58,491 bases of DNA from Acidobacteriota bacterium (GTDB lineage Bacteria > Acidobacteriota > Polarisedimenticolia > Polarisedimenticolales > JAIQFR01): assembly GCA_041494445.1 (NCBI GenBank), contig JBGQAU010000006.1, positions 1 to 58,491 on the forward strand. The letters run 5' to 3'. The first letter of the stretch is position 1. Every line of letters starts with the position of its first letter. Below are positions 50,750-58,491 of the stretch, piece by piece. The position numbers were made by a program, and so were the translations under genes. A model generated the notes under the pieces. The model was not told the origin of the DNA and searched no databases. It saw only the letters and a list, made by a program, of their open reading frames with translations.

Positions 50750-51049
50750 CAAAGTACCGGGGAAAATGCAGGCTCTCGATCCTCTCCTTCGGAGGATGGA
50801 AAGTGTTGCGGAGGACACGGTTGAACCGAGTTCCGCTTCTCTCGGTGCTCACGCCTTCGCCGGCTTCCCGGCGCGATCGGCGACTCGTCGGTCATGCCGT
50901 CGTGAGGTCCGAAACCGCTCACGACGGTGGTACATGTACGTTGAGTCCCGCGACGTGTCAAGGTCCAACCGCTGAGCACAGCGGGTGCAGCGAGCGCATG
51001 TCGACGTCGAGGCCCTACGGCCCGTCGTTCCGTTGAGACGGGGAGCTGC

Positions 51050-51946
51050 ATGGAATCGACGCAAAACGATCGGAGCTCCTTGCTGTCGCGCTACTTCGCC
51101 GAGATCAGGGAATACCCGCTCCTCACCAAGGAAGAGGAGATGTCCTTGGCCCGTCACGTGAAGCGGGGTCGGTCGGGCGCTCTGAACGAGCTGATCGAGT
51201 CCAATCTGAGCTTCGTGGTCAAGGTCGCGAGCGAGTACCGGAACCTCGGGCTCCCGTTCGAAGATCTGCTCAACGAGGGGAACATCGGGCTCATCGAGGC
51301 CGCCCACCGCTACGACGCGAGCAAGGGCACCAAGTTCATCACGTACGCGATCTGGTGGATCCGCAAATCGATCCTCAAGGCTCTCTCCGAGCATTCGAAC
51401 CTGGTGCGCGTCCCGAACTACCAGTTGAAGAAGGTCCGCGAGATCCGGGACGCCGAGAATTCCCTCCGCCGGAGTCTCGGGCGCGCACCGAAGCGGGAGG
51501 AGATCTCCGAGCGGCTCTCCAAGGCCATCTCCAAGATCGACCAGGTCCTCCAGTTCAACCTCCGTGAGATCAGCATCGAGGACAAGATCGGGAAGGACCG
51601 CGACAAGCCGATCGCCGACTACCTCGTGGACATCGCCTGCGTGAGCCCCGAGGACGATCTCATCAAGCGCGAGGCGAGCAACCTCGTGGGCGACGCCATG
51701 GGCCACCTCACCGATCAGGAGCGAACGGTGGTGTCGTACCGCTTCGGCATGACCGGCGGCGCGTCGCTGACCCTCAAGGAGATCGGCGAGAAGATGGGGA
51801 TCAGCCGTGAGCGGGTGCGGCAGATCGAGTGCCAGGCCAAGGTGCGGCTCCGCAAGATGTTCGCGCGGAAGCGCATGGTCGCGGCGCCGTCCAAGCGGCC
51901 GTACCCGGTGAGCGCCTTCTCGAAGACCGCACGCCCCGGGAACTGA
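51050..51946 (+). CDS. Alternative RNA polymerase sigma-70 family factor (RpoD/RpoS-like, no region 1.1)
   Basis: YPLLTKEEE, DLLNEGNIGL, KFITYAIWWIR and ISRERVRQIE. Confidence 0.93.
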   Translation: MESTQNDRSSLLSRYFAEIREYPLLTKEEEMSLARHVKRGRSGALNELIESNLSFVVKVASEYRNLGLPFEDLLNEGNIGLIEAAHRYDASKGTKFITYAIWWIRKSILKALSEHSNLVRVPNYQLKKVREIRDAENSLRRSLGRAPKREEISERLSKAISKIDQVLQFNLREISIEDKIGKDRDKPIADYLVDIACVSPEDDLIKREASNLVGDAMGHLTDQERTVVSYRFGMTGGASLTLKEIGEKMGISRERVRQIECQAKVRLRKMFARKRMVAAPSKRPYPVSAFSKTARPGN

Positions 51947-52127
51947 GCCGGCCCAACCGCCTTCCACTCCATGCCCCCAGGATCGCGCCGGGCGAAGCGT
52001 GACCCCCTCCGGGCACGCTCGCCGGTTCGCGTCCCGGGTCCTTCTTCCGGGAGTTTCGGGGTAAACTCGGCCCGGGCCGCGAGGCCACGCGCGGTGCTTA
52101 GAAGCGAGCCGCCGCGAAGGGGATGCG

Positions 52128-54461
52128 ATGGATCCGACGCGACCGGAGAAGGGCGACCTCCTCGCCGGGCCCGACTGGTCGCGGTTGATCCGCGTCACGG
52201 GCCCCGAGGCGGCCCTCGAGGTGATCGCGGCGGCTTTCGACGATCCGGAGAGCCTCGATCTCGTGCTGCGCTCGCCGGAGCAGGAGTCCGGGGAAGCGGC
52301 GCGCCATTGCGGCCGCGCCGCGATCGTGGAAAGCGGCGGCAGGTGCCGAGACGCGAGGGTCGGGGGGCGCCCGGTCTGGACGTTGTCGGTGCGGCGCGCG
52401 GGCGGAACGCCTCCGGCCGCGGCGGAGGTGGAGCTCGCGGCGGCGGCGCTCGCGGCGTGGCGCTCGGCCCGGGGCGAGATCGGTCGCGGCGAGCAGAGGC
52501 TGCGTGCGCGGGCGCGCGAGCTCGACATGCTGCAGGATCTCGGCCGTTGTGCGGCCGCGGCGAGAACCTGGGACGCCCTCTTCCTGGAGGCGGCCACCGT
52601 CCTCCAAGAGGGGACCGGCGCCGATCTCGTGGTCGCCGCGCACGCCCTCGCGGGCGAGGCGGAAGCGAGGGTCTTCCTCGCCCGGCCCGCCGCCGACGCG
52701 GTCATCGAAGCCCTGGCGGCGCGCGCGGCCGCGACCGCGGAGCTTCCGCCGGAGCTCCCCCTTCGGGTCGCGGTGGAGCGGCTTCCGGGATTCGAAGAGA
52801 GCCACGCCCGGCGGCGGGCGGACTCCGGCCGACCCGAGGCGGCGTTCGCCCCGCTCGAGCGCCGGGGCCGCACCGTCGCGGCGCTCGGTCTCCTCCCGTC
52901 GGAGCCTTCGGGCGAGCGCATGTTCCGTATGTTCTTCGGCGCGGCGAATCAGGTCTCGCTGCACCTCGAGCGGATCCTCACGGTGCTGGAGGCGGAGCAG
53001 GACCGGTTTCGCTCGATCCTGGATTCGATGCCGCAGGCGGTCATCCTCGCCGATCGCTCGCTGCGCGTCGTCCAGGCCAACCGCTCCGCGAGCGCGCTCC
53101 TCGGCCGGCTCGTACCCGCGGCGGGCGAAGGGCGCCTCGCGCGGGTGGGCGACCTCGACCTTGCCCCGCTCGCAGCGGAAGTCTTCGAGCGGGGCCTCTC
53201 GCCGTCCGAGCAGGAGGCCCGCGTCGAGGGGGGGACGGTCCTGGCCGTCACCGTCTCGGCCCTCGCCGGGAAGGGGGGCCGACCCGAGGCGCTGGTCCTG
53301 GTGCTCGCGGACGTCACCGAGCGCCGCCGCCTCCAGGCGCAGCTCGCCCAGGCGGAGAAAATGTCGAGCCTCGGCGAGATGATCTCCGGCATCGCGCACG
53401 AGCTGAACAACCCGCTCTCGTCGGTGCTCGGCTACTCGCAGCTCGCCCGCGGGAGTGCCTCGGACCCCAAGCTCGCGGCGAGGCTCGAGGTGGTTCACCG
53501 CGAGGCGCGGCGCTGTCAGAGGATCGTCCAGAACCTGCTCTCCTTCGCCCGGCGCTACGAGCCCGAGCGCAAGCTGCTGAGCGTGAACGAGGTCGCCGAG
53601 TCGGTGATCGCCCTGACGGCCTACCAGTTCCGCGTCAGCGACGTGCGGATCGAGGAGGACTTGGGGCGCGACGTCCCGACGATCGTCGGAGACCCCCACC
53701 AGCTGCAGCAGGCGGTGCTGAACCTCATGAGCAACGCCCATCAGGCGATCCGGAGTGCCGGTCGCGGAGGGATCATCACCGTAAGAACCCGCCAGGCGAG
53801 GCCCGGATGGGTCTCGCTCGAGGTGGAGGACGACGGTCCGGGGATCCCGGAGTCGGTCCGCCCGCGCATCTTCGAGCCGTTCTTCACCACCAAGGCGCCG
53901 GGGCAGGGGACCGGGCTCGGGCTCTCGCTGGTGGAGGGCGCGGTCGAGGCCCACCGGGGACGGATCTCCCTCGAGAGCGAGGAAGGCCGCGGCACGAGGT
54001 TCCGGATCGAGCTGCCGGTCGGCACCGAGGAATCGTCGGTCCGCGAGCGGCCGGGCGTCGAGGAGCCGCACGAGGCGGACGTGCCCGCGCGCATCCTCGT
54101 GGTGGACGACGAGGACTCGGTCGCGCAGCTCATCTGCGAGACGCTCGCGGACGAGGGGCACCGGACCGAACCGGTGCGGGACGGGAGGGATGCGCTCGAC
54201 CTCCTCCGGCGCGAGGAGTTCGACCTGGTGGTCGCCGACCTCAGGATGCCCGGGATGGGAGGGGCGTCGCTCTGCGAGGAGATGGAGCGGATGAAGCCGG
54301 GGGTGTCGTCGAGGATCCTGCTGACGACCGGCGACACGGTGAGCCGCGAGCCGGAGGCCTTCGCGCGCAGGAAAGGGATCGACGTCCTCATGAAGCCCTT
54401 CGATCTCGACGACTTGCGCCGCGCGGTCCGATCCCGGCTGCGCGCGCGGCGCGAGTCCTGA
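52128..54461 (+). CDS. Hybrid sensor histidine kinase (GAF-like, PAS, HisKA, HATPase, receiver)
   Basis: AHELNNPL, NLMSNA, DDGPGI, FEPFFTTK and GTGLGL; receiver motifs LVVDDE..DLRMPG..KPF. Confidence 0.93.
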   Translation: MDPTRPEKGDLLAGPDWSRLIRVTGPEAALEVIAAAFDDPESLDLVLRSPEQESGEAARHCGRAAIVESGGRCRDARVGGRPVWTLSVRRAGGTPPAAAEVELAAAALAAWRSARGEIGRGEQRLRARARELDMLQDLGRCAAAARTWDALFLEAATVLQEGTGADLVVAAHALAGEAEARVFLARPAADAVIEALAARAAATAELPPELPLRVAVERLPGFEESHARRRADSGRPEAAFAPLERRGRTVAALGLLPSEPSGERMFRMFFGAANQVSLHLERILTVLEAEQDRFRSILDSMPQAVILADRSLRVVQANRSASALLGRLVPAAGEGRLARVGDLDLAPLAAEVFERGLSPSEQEARVEGGTVLAVTVSALAGKGGRPEALVLVLADVTERRRLQAQLAQAEKMSSLGEMISGIAHELNNPLSSVLGYSQLARGSASDPKLAARLEVVHREARRCQRIVQNLLSFARRYEPERKLLSVNEVAESVIALTAYQFRVSDVRIEEDLGRDVPTIVGDPHQLQQAVLNLMSNAHQAIRSAGRGGIITVRTRQARPGWVSLEVEDDGPGIPESVRPRIFEPFFTTKAPGQGTGLGLSLVEGAVEAHRGRISLESEEGRGTRFRIELPVGTEESSVRERPGVEEPHEADVPARILVVDDEDSVAQLICETLADEGHRTEPVRDGRDALDLLRREEFDLVVADLRMPGMGGASLCEEMERMKPGVSSRILLTTGDTVSREPEAFARRKGIDVLMKPFDLDDLRRAVRSRLRARRES

Positions 54462-54463
54462 TC

Positions 54464-56338
54464 TTGCGCCACCTGGTCCTCGGCACCGCCGGTCACATCG
54501 ACCACGGCAAGAGCGCGCTGGTGCGCGCCCTGACCGGCACGGATCCCGACCGGCTCCAAGAGGAGAAGCTCCGCGGCATCACCATCGACCTCGGCTTCGC
54601 CGACCTCGACCTGGGCGACGGCCGGATCCTCTCGTTCGTGGACGTGCCGGGGCACGAGCGCTTCGTGCGCCACATGGTGGCCGGGGCGACCGGGATTGAC
54701 GCGGTGCTCCTGGTGGTGGCCGCGGACGAGGGGATCAAGCCTCAGACCCGCGAGCACCTCGCGATCTGCTCGCTCCTCGCGATCCGCCACGGCGTGGTGG
54801 CGTTGAACAAATCGGACCTGGTGGACGACGATCTGCTCGCGGTGGCGACGCTGGAGCTCAGGGATTTCCTCGCGGCGACGTTCCTCGACGGCGCTCCGGT
54901 AATCCCTGTTTCCTCCCGGACGGGCGCCGGGCTCGACGCGCTCCGAGCGGCGCTTCAGGCCCTCTTCACTCAGGTTCCCCCCCGCCCGGCTGCCGGCGTC
55001 GCCCGGCTTCCCGTGGACCGATCGTTCGTGCTCCGAGGATTCGGCACCGTCGTGACGGGGACCCTCGTCTCCGGTTCGCTCCGCGAGGGCGACGAGGTCG
55101 AGATCTTGCCCGGAGGCGGGCGCGGGCGGGTCCGTGGGCTTCAGGTCCATCACCATCGGGTCGCCGAGGCGCTGGCGGGCCAGCGCACCGCGGTGAATCT
55201 CCAGGGGCTCGACTGCGACGAAGTCCCCAGGGGCTCGACGGTCACCGCACCCGGAGCGTTGCTTACCACGCGGCGCGCATGGGCGAGGCTTCGGTTCCTT
55301 ACGGAAGCCCCCGATGCTCTGAGGCGCGGTGGCACCGCGCGCTTTCATCAGGGGACGTGCGAGCGGGGGACGCGCGTGCGCATCCTCGAGGAGGCCCCGG
55401 GCGGAGACCTCGACGCGGAGCTGCTTCTCGACGACGCCACCGTGCTGCTCCCCGGCGACCGGTTCGTCCTGAGACGGCCCGCGCCGGTGGACACGGTGGG
55501 AGGTGGGACCATCCTGGACGCGCACCCCCCCGGCCGGAGGGGACGGCACGCCGGCCCGATCGGGCTGGCCACCGCGGCTCCGGCAGAAACGCTTCCGTCG
55601 CGGCTCGATCGCGCGGGGGCGCGCGGAAAGGCCAGGGAGGAGATTTCGGCGGAGGAGGGGCTCCCGCCGGCCGACCTCGACGCGGTCGTCGCGCGGCTCT
55701 CGGGCGAGGGGCGCATCGTCGCTGCCGGAGGCCGGCTCTTCGAGGCGGGCGTCTGGCGCGGGGTGGAGGATCGAACACTCGAGGTCCTGCGCGGCTTCCA
55801 TGCCGAGGAACCGCTGCGGGTGGGGATGCTCCTCGAGGAAGTGCGCTCGCGCGTCGCGCGGGAGATCCCGCTCGATGCCTGGAGGGCGCTCGTGGACGGG
55901 CTGTGCGAGCGCGGGTCGGTCCGCCGTATCGGGGAGCGTGTGGCGCTCGCGGCCCACAGGGTGGTACTGTCAGGAGGGGACCTCGAGAGGGTCCGGAGGA
56001 TCGAGGCCAGGTTTCGCGACGGGTGGCTCGACCCTCCCGACTCGGCGGACGTGACTCGCGCCGAGGGAGGCGAGAGGGCGGCTCGGATTCTCGATCTGTT
56101 GCAGGCCGACGGGCGCCTGGTTCGCATCAAGGACGGGAGGCTGTTCCACGGAGAGGCGATCGAGGATCTTCGCCGCAAGCTGCGCGAATTCGGGAAACGG
56201 TCGCGCACGATCGACGTCGCGACGTTCAAGGAGCTGGCCGGAGTCACCCGCAGGAACGCGATCCCGCTTTTGGAGCATCTCGATGCCGAGCGCGCGACGC
56301 GCCGGGTCGGCAACGCGAGGGAGATCCTGATCGATTGA
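54464..56338 (+). CDS. selB: Selenocysteine-specific translation elongation factor
   Basis: [26 protein letters not shown] and a C-terminal winged helix [13 protein letters not shown]; TTG start. Confidence 0.96.
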   Translation: MRHLVLGTAGHIDHGKSALVRALTGTDPDRLQEEKLRGITIDLGFADLDLGDGRILSFVDVPGHERFVRHMVAGATGIDAVLLVVAADEGIKPQTREHLAICSLLAIRHGVVALNKSDLVDDDLLAVATLELRDFLAATFLDGAPVIPVSSRTGAGLDALRAALQALFTQVPPRPAAGVARLPVDRSFVLRGFGTVVTGTLVSGSLREGDEVEILPGGGRGRVRGLQVHHHRVAEALAGQRTAVNLQGLDCDEVPRGSTVTAPGALLTTRRAWARLRFLTEAPDALRRGGTARFHQGTCERGTRVRILEEAPGGDLDAELLLDDATVLLPGDRFVLRRPAPVDTVGGGTILDAHPPGRRGRHAGPIGLATAAPAETLPSRLDRAGARGKAREEISAEEGLPPADLDAVVARLSGEGRIVAAGGRLFEAGVWRGVEDRTLEVLRGFHAEEPLRVGMLLEEVRSRVAREIPLDAWRALVDGLCERGSVRRIGERVALAAHRVVLSGGDLERVRRIEARFRDGWLDPPDSADVTRAEGGERAARILDLLQADGRLVRIKDGRLFHGEAIEDLRRKLREFGKRSRTIDVATFKELAGVTRRNAIPLLEHLDAERATRRVGNAREILID

Positions 56339-56378
56339 TCGGGCGGCGCGATCGGGTACCGCGCCGCGGGAGCGTACG

Positions 56379-56570
56379 ATGGGAAGCCTGGGTTGGCCCG
56401 AAATCCTCCTCATCGCCCTGGTGGTCGTCCTTCTGTTCGGCGCGCGCAAGCTCCCGGACATCGGCCGCGGGCTCGGCGAGGGCATCCGCAGCTTCCGCTC
56501 CGCGATGCGTGGCGACGACGACCAGGGGAAGGGCGGTCCTAAAGACGATTCCGGGGGCGCCGGCAAGTAG
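56379..56570 (+). CDS. tatA: Twin-arginine translocase subunit TatA/E
   Basis: LGWPEILLI...LFGARKLPDIGRGLGEGIRSF. Confidence 0.93.
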   Translation: MGSLGWPEILLIALVVVLLFGARKLPDIGRGLGEGIRSFRSAMRGDDDQGKGGPKDDSGGAGK

Positions 56571-58231
56571 TGCCCCGCCGCGCAACGCAGGCCGCGCGGG
56601 AGCTGCTCGCGCGGCAGCGAGAGGCGGCGGAGCGGCTGAAGCGCGAGGTCCTCGGCGCCGACGGCTCCCTCGGCCATTCCTATCTGCGCGCGCTGAACCG
56701 GCGGATCCGCCGCCGGCCCGAGGCCGCGACCCGCGAGGACGTGGAGCGAGCATGCGCGTCCGCCGGACTCGTCTGGATCGGTGATTTCCACGCGCTCCCG
56801 TCCTGCCAGAGGTTCGCGGCCGACCTGCTCGGGCCGCTCCGTGCCGCCGGCCCGCTGACGCTCGGGATCGAGTTCGTCTATACCCGCCAGCAGGGGCTCC
56901 TCGACAGGAGACAGGCCGGTTCGCTGGACGACGAGGCGTTCCTGAAGCGGATCCACTACCGCGAAGAATGGGGGTACCCGTGGGAAGGGTACCGTGACCT
57001 GCTCGATCGCGCGCGGTCCCTCGGCGTCCCGGTGTGCGCGCTGGACGCTCCTCCGCGCCGGGGTTTCGAGCGGCTGGCCCGTCGGGACGAGCACGCGGCG
57101 CGCCGAATCTCGGCGATCGTGGGGCAGGACCCCCCGATGCGGCTCGTCGTCCTGTTCGGCGAGTCCCATCTCGCCCCCGCGCACCTCCCGAGGTGCGTGC
57201 GCTCCCACCTGGCGCGACGCGGGTTCGAGCGGGACGAGGTGACCGTCTACCAGGATCCGGACCCCGCCTACTGGCACTTCGTGCGTGCGGAAACGCCCGT
57301 TCCTCCCGCCGCGCGCTTCGACGATGGCGACTTCGCGGTGTTTCACACGACGCCCCTCGCGAAGTACGAGGCGTACCGCCAGGTCCTCGAGCGCTGGCGG
57401 GAAGACGTCCCGCCGGACGAGGAGGTGGACCTGACGCCGGCGGTTCACCACCTCATCGGTGTGCTGTTGGGTTGGCTCGGGATCGACGCGCGGCGGCGCC
57501 GGGTGCGCCATGGCGCGGGATGGGAGGAGGACCTCGCCGACGCCTTCCCCGAGGTGTACAGCGGTCCCGAAGCCATGGAGCTGATCGAGCCCATCCTCGA
57601 GGAGCACGGTCGGTCACGGGAGGAGGTCCGCGAGGCCCGCGCTCTTCTCGCGTCGCAGGGCGCCGTCTATGAGGCGAGGTCCAACACCCTCTTCCTCGTC
57701 CGGTACCTTCCGGGGCGGGCCGCCGGAGAGGGCGCGAGGTTCCTTCGAGCGGTGCTCTCCGGACGGCTCTTCGCGGCAGCGAACGACCCGCCCGCCGATA
57801 CGGTGGCGCGCGCGTACGGCTCGGTCTTCAACGAGGCGCTGGTCGGTCTCGGGGCCCGGCTCGTGGACCCCGCGAGCGGTGCAGCGAGAGGCGCGGCGGA
57901 AGGAGAGGGGGCGCCCCTTCTGGGATCGATCCACCCGTCGGCGAACGACGCGGACCTCCGCGCGCGTTGGATGGAGCAGCACCGGAGGTTCGAGGCCTCC
58001 GGTCGGTCGAAAGCCCCGGCCGATCTGATCGGACCTCTACGGGGTTCGCGAGAGATCCGCCGGGCACTCGCCCGGGACCTCGGGCAGAGACTGGGTGCCG
58101 TGCTGTTCGAGGGCGTCCGGTCCGGACGGCTCGGCCCGGGAGAGCTCAGGCGCTTGTTCTCCAGAAGGCTCGATCCCTCGCAGGCCCAGCGGGTCGTGCT
58201 CGGCCTGCTGCGAGGCGAATCCCGAGCCTGA
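56570..58231 (+). CDS. ChaN/DUF399-like domain protein with a C-terminal extension
   Basis: VWIGDFH, LGIEFV...QQ..LD, RRD..AA..I and LFGESH. Confidence 0.7.
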   Translation: MPRRATQAARELLARQREAAERLKREVLGADGSLGHSYLRALNRRIRRRPEAATREDVERACASAGLVWIGDFHALPSCQRFAADLLGPLRAAGPLTLGIEFVYTRQQGLLDRRQAGSLDDEAFLKRIHYREEWGYPWEGYRDLLDRARSLGVPVCALDAPPRRGFERLARRDEHAARRISAIVGQDPPMRLVVLFGESHLAPAHLPRCVRSHLARRGFERDEVTVYQDPDPAYWHFVRAETPVPPAARFDDGDFAVFHTTPLAKYEAYRQVLERWREDVPPDEEVDLTPAVHHLIGVLLGWLGIDARRRRVRHGAGWEEDLADAFPEVYSGPEAMELIEPILEEHGRSREEVREARALLASQGAVYEARSNTLFLVRYLPGRAAGEGARFLRAVLSGRLFAAANDPPADTVARAYGSVFNEALVGLGARLVDPASGAARGAAEGEGAPLLGSIHPSANDADLRARWMEQHRRFEASGRSKAPADLIGPLRGSREIRRALARDLGQRLGAVLFEGVRSGRLGPGELRRLFSRRLDPSQAQRVVLGLLRGESRA

Positions 58232-58243
58232 CGCGGCGCGCCG

Positions 58244-58284
58244 AAAACAAAACACGGAGGCCGCGCCGAATCTCGCGGCCTCCG
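58244..58284 (-). terminator. Rho-independent terminator for the minus-strand gene, possibly bidirectional
   Basis: 11-bp stem CGGAGGCCGCG/CGCGGCCTCCG with an adjacent AAAACAAAA tract (U-rich on the minus strand). Confidence 0.75.
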
Positions 58285-58356
58285 CTACCGGGCCCAGAGG
58301 GGGTCAGGGCCTCGGACCTTCCCAAAGAACGAACGTCGTTCTCATGGGCTTCGTCT

Positions 58357-58491
58357 TCAGTCGCCGGCGCCGAGAACGGAGTCGCCCCACAGCGCCTGGT
58401 CGCCCCACAGCGCCTGGTCGCCCCACAGCGCCTGGTCGCCCCACAGCGCCTGGTCGCCCCACAGCGCCTGGTCGCCCCACAGCGCCTGGTC
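58357..58491 (-). CDS. 3' end of a gene encoding (DQALWG)n-DSVLGAGD-stop (partial)
   Basis: The reverse complement reads CAG GCG CTG TGG GGC GAC repeatedly, then TCC GTT CTC GGC GCC GGC GAC TGA, followed by a terminator. Confidence 0.75.
   Translation of the reverse strand, partial: DQALWGDQALWGDQALWGDQALWGDQALWGDQALWGDSVLGAGD
58381..58491. repeat. Perfect 18-bp tandem repeat GTCGCCCCACAGCGCCTG, six copies plus a partial, running off the window
   Basis: Directly visible; no spacers. Confidence 0.98.

Noticed and set aside
51971-56338. 1455-aa SelB fusion
   Set aside because: The first ~830 codons are an off-frame overlap of the histidine kinase; SelB homology begins at about 54464.
58381-58491. 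CRISPR array
   Set aside because: The 18-bp units are contiguous with no spacers, no cas genes are present, and the repeat translates cleanly as a protein tail.

Overview
High-GC bacterial chromosomal segment of mostly core genes. Gene content suggests Acidobacteriota; this is an inference. From left to right: (1) an exopolysaccharide block with a >1,100-aa secreted protein that is missing from the ORF track because it runs off the left edge, an O-antigen ligase/Wzy-like protein, a Wzc-type tyrosine kinase, and a divergent gmd-fcl pair; (2) pyrE, a degenerate ThiD-like gene, TPR and HEAT proteins, an N-terminally atypical second Rho, a methyltransferase, an aminotransferase, an SDR, rlmN, purH, selA and ychF; (3) six tRNAs, including an uncommon tRNA-Arg(UCG), followed by tig-clpP-clpX-lon-engB-rho-rpmE-prfA-prmC-pta and an Hfq-like gene; (4) metG-larC-cobB, trxA-ccdA-ddl-HNH, a sigma-54 activator, a rhomboid protease, an alternative sigma-70 factor behind a ~290-nt structured leader, a hybrid histidine kinase, selB, tatA and a ChaN-like protein; (5) the 3' end of a minus-strand gene made of perfect 18-bp repeats encoding DQALWG. 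I found no CRISPR array, transposase, integrase or prophage, and no single novel system is established. The best leads are the hidden modular deacetylase-like surface protein, the two Rho paralogs, two apparent pseudo-enzymes, tRNA-Arg(UCG) and two candidate structured RNAs. Most long overlapping ORFs in the track are antisense or off-frame shadows caused by GC bias.
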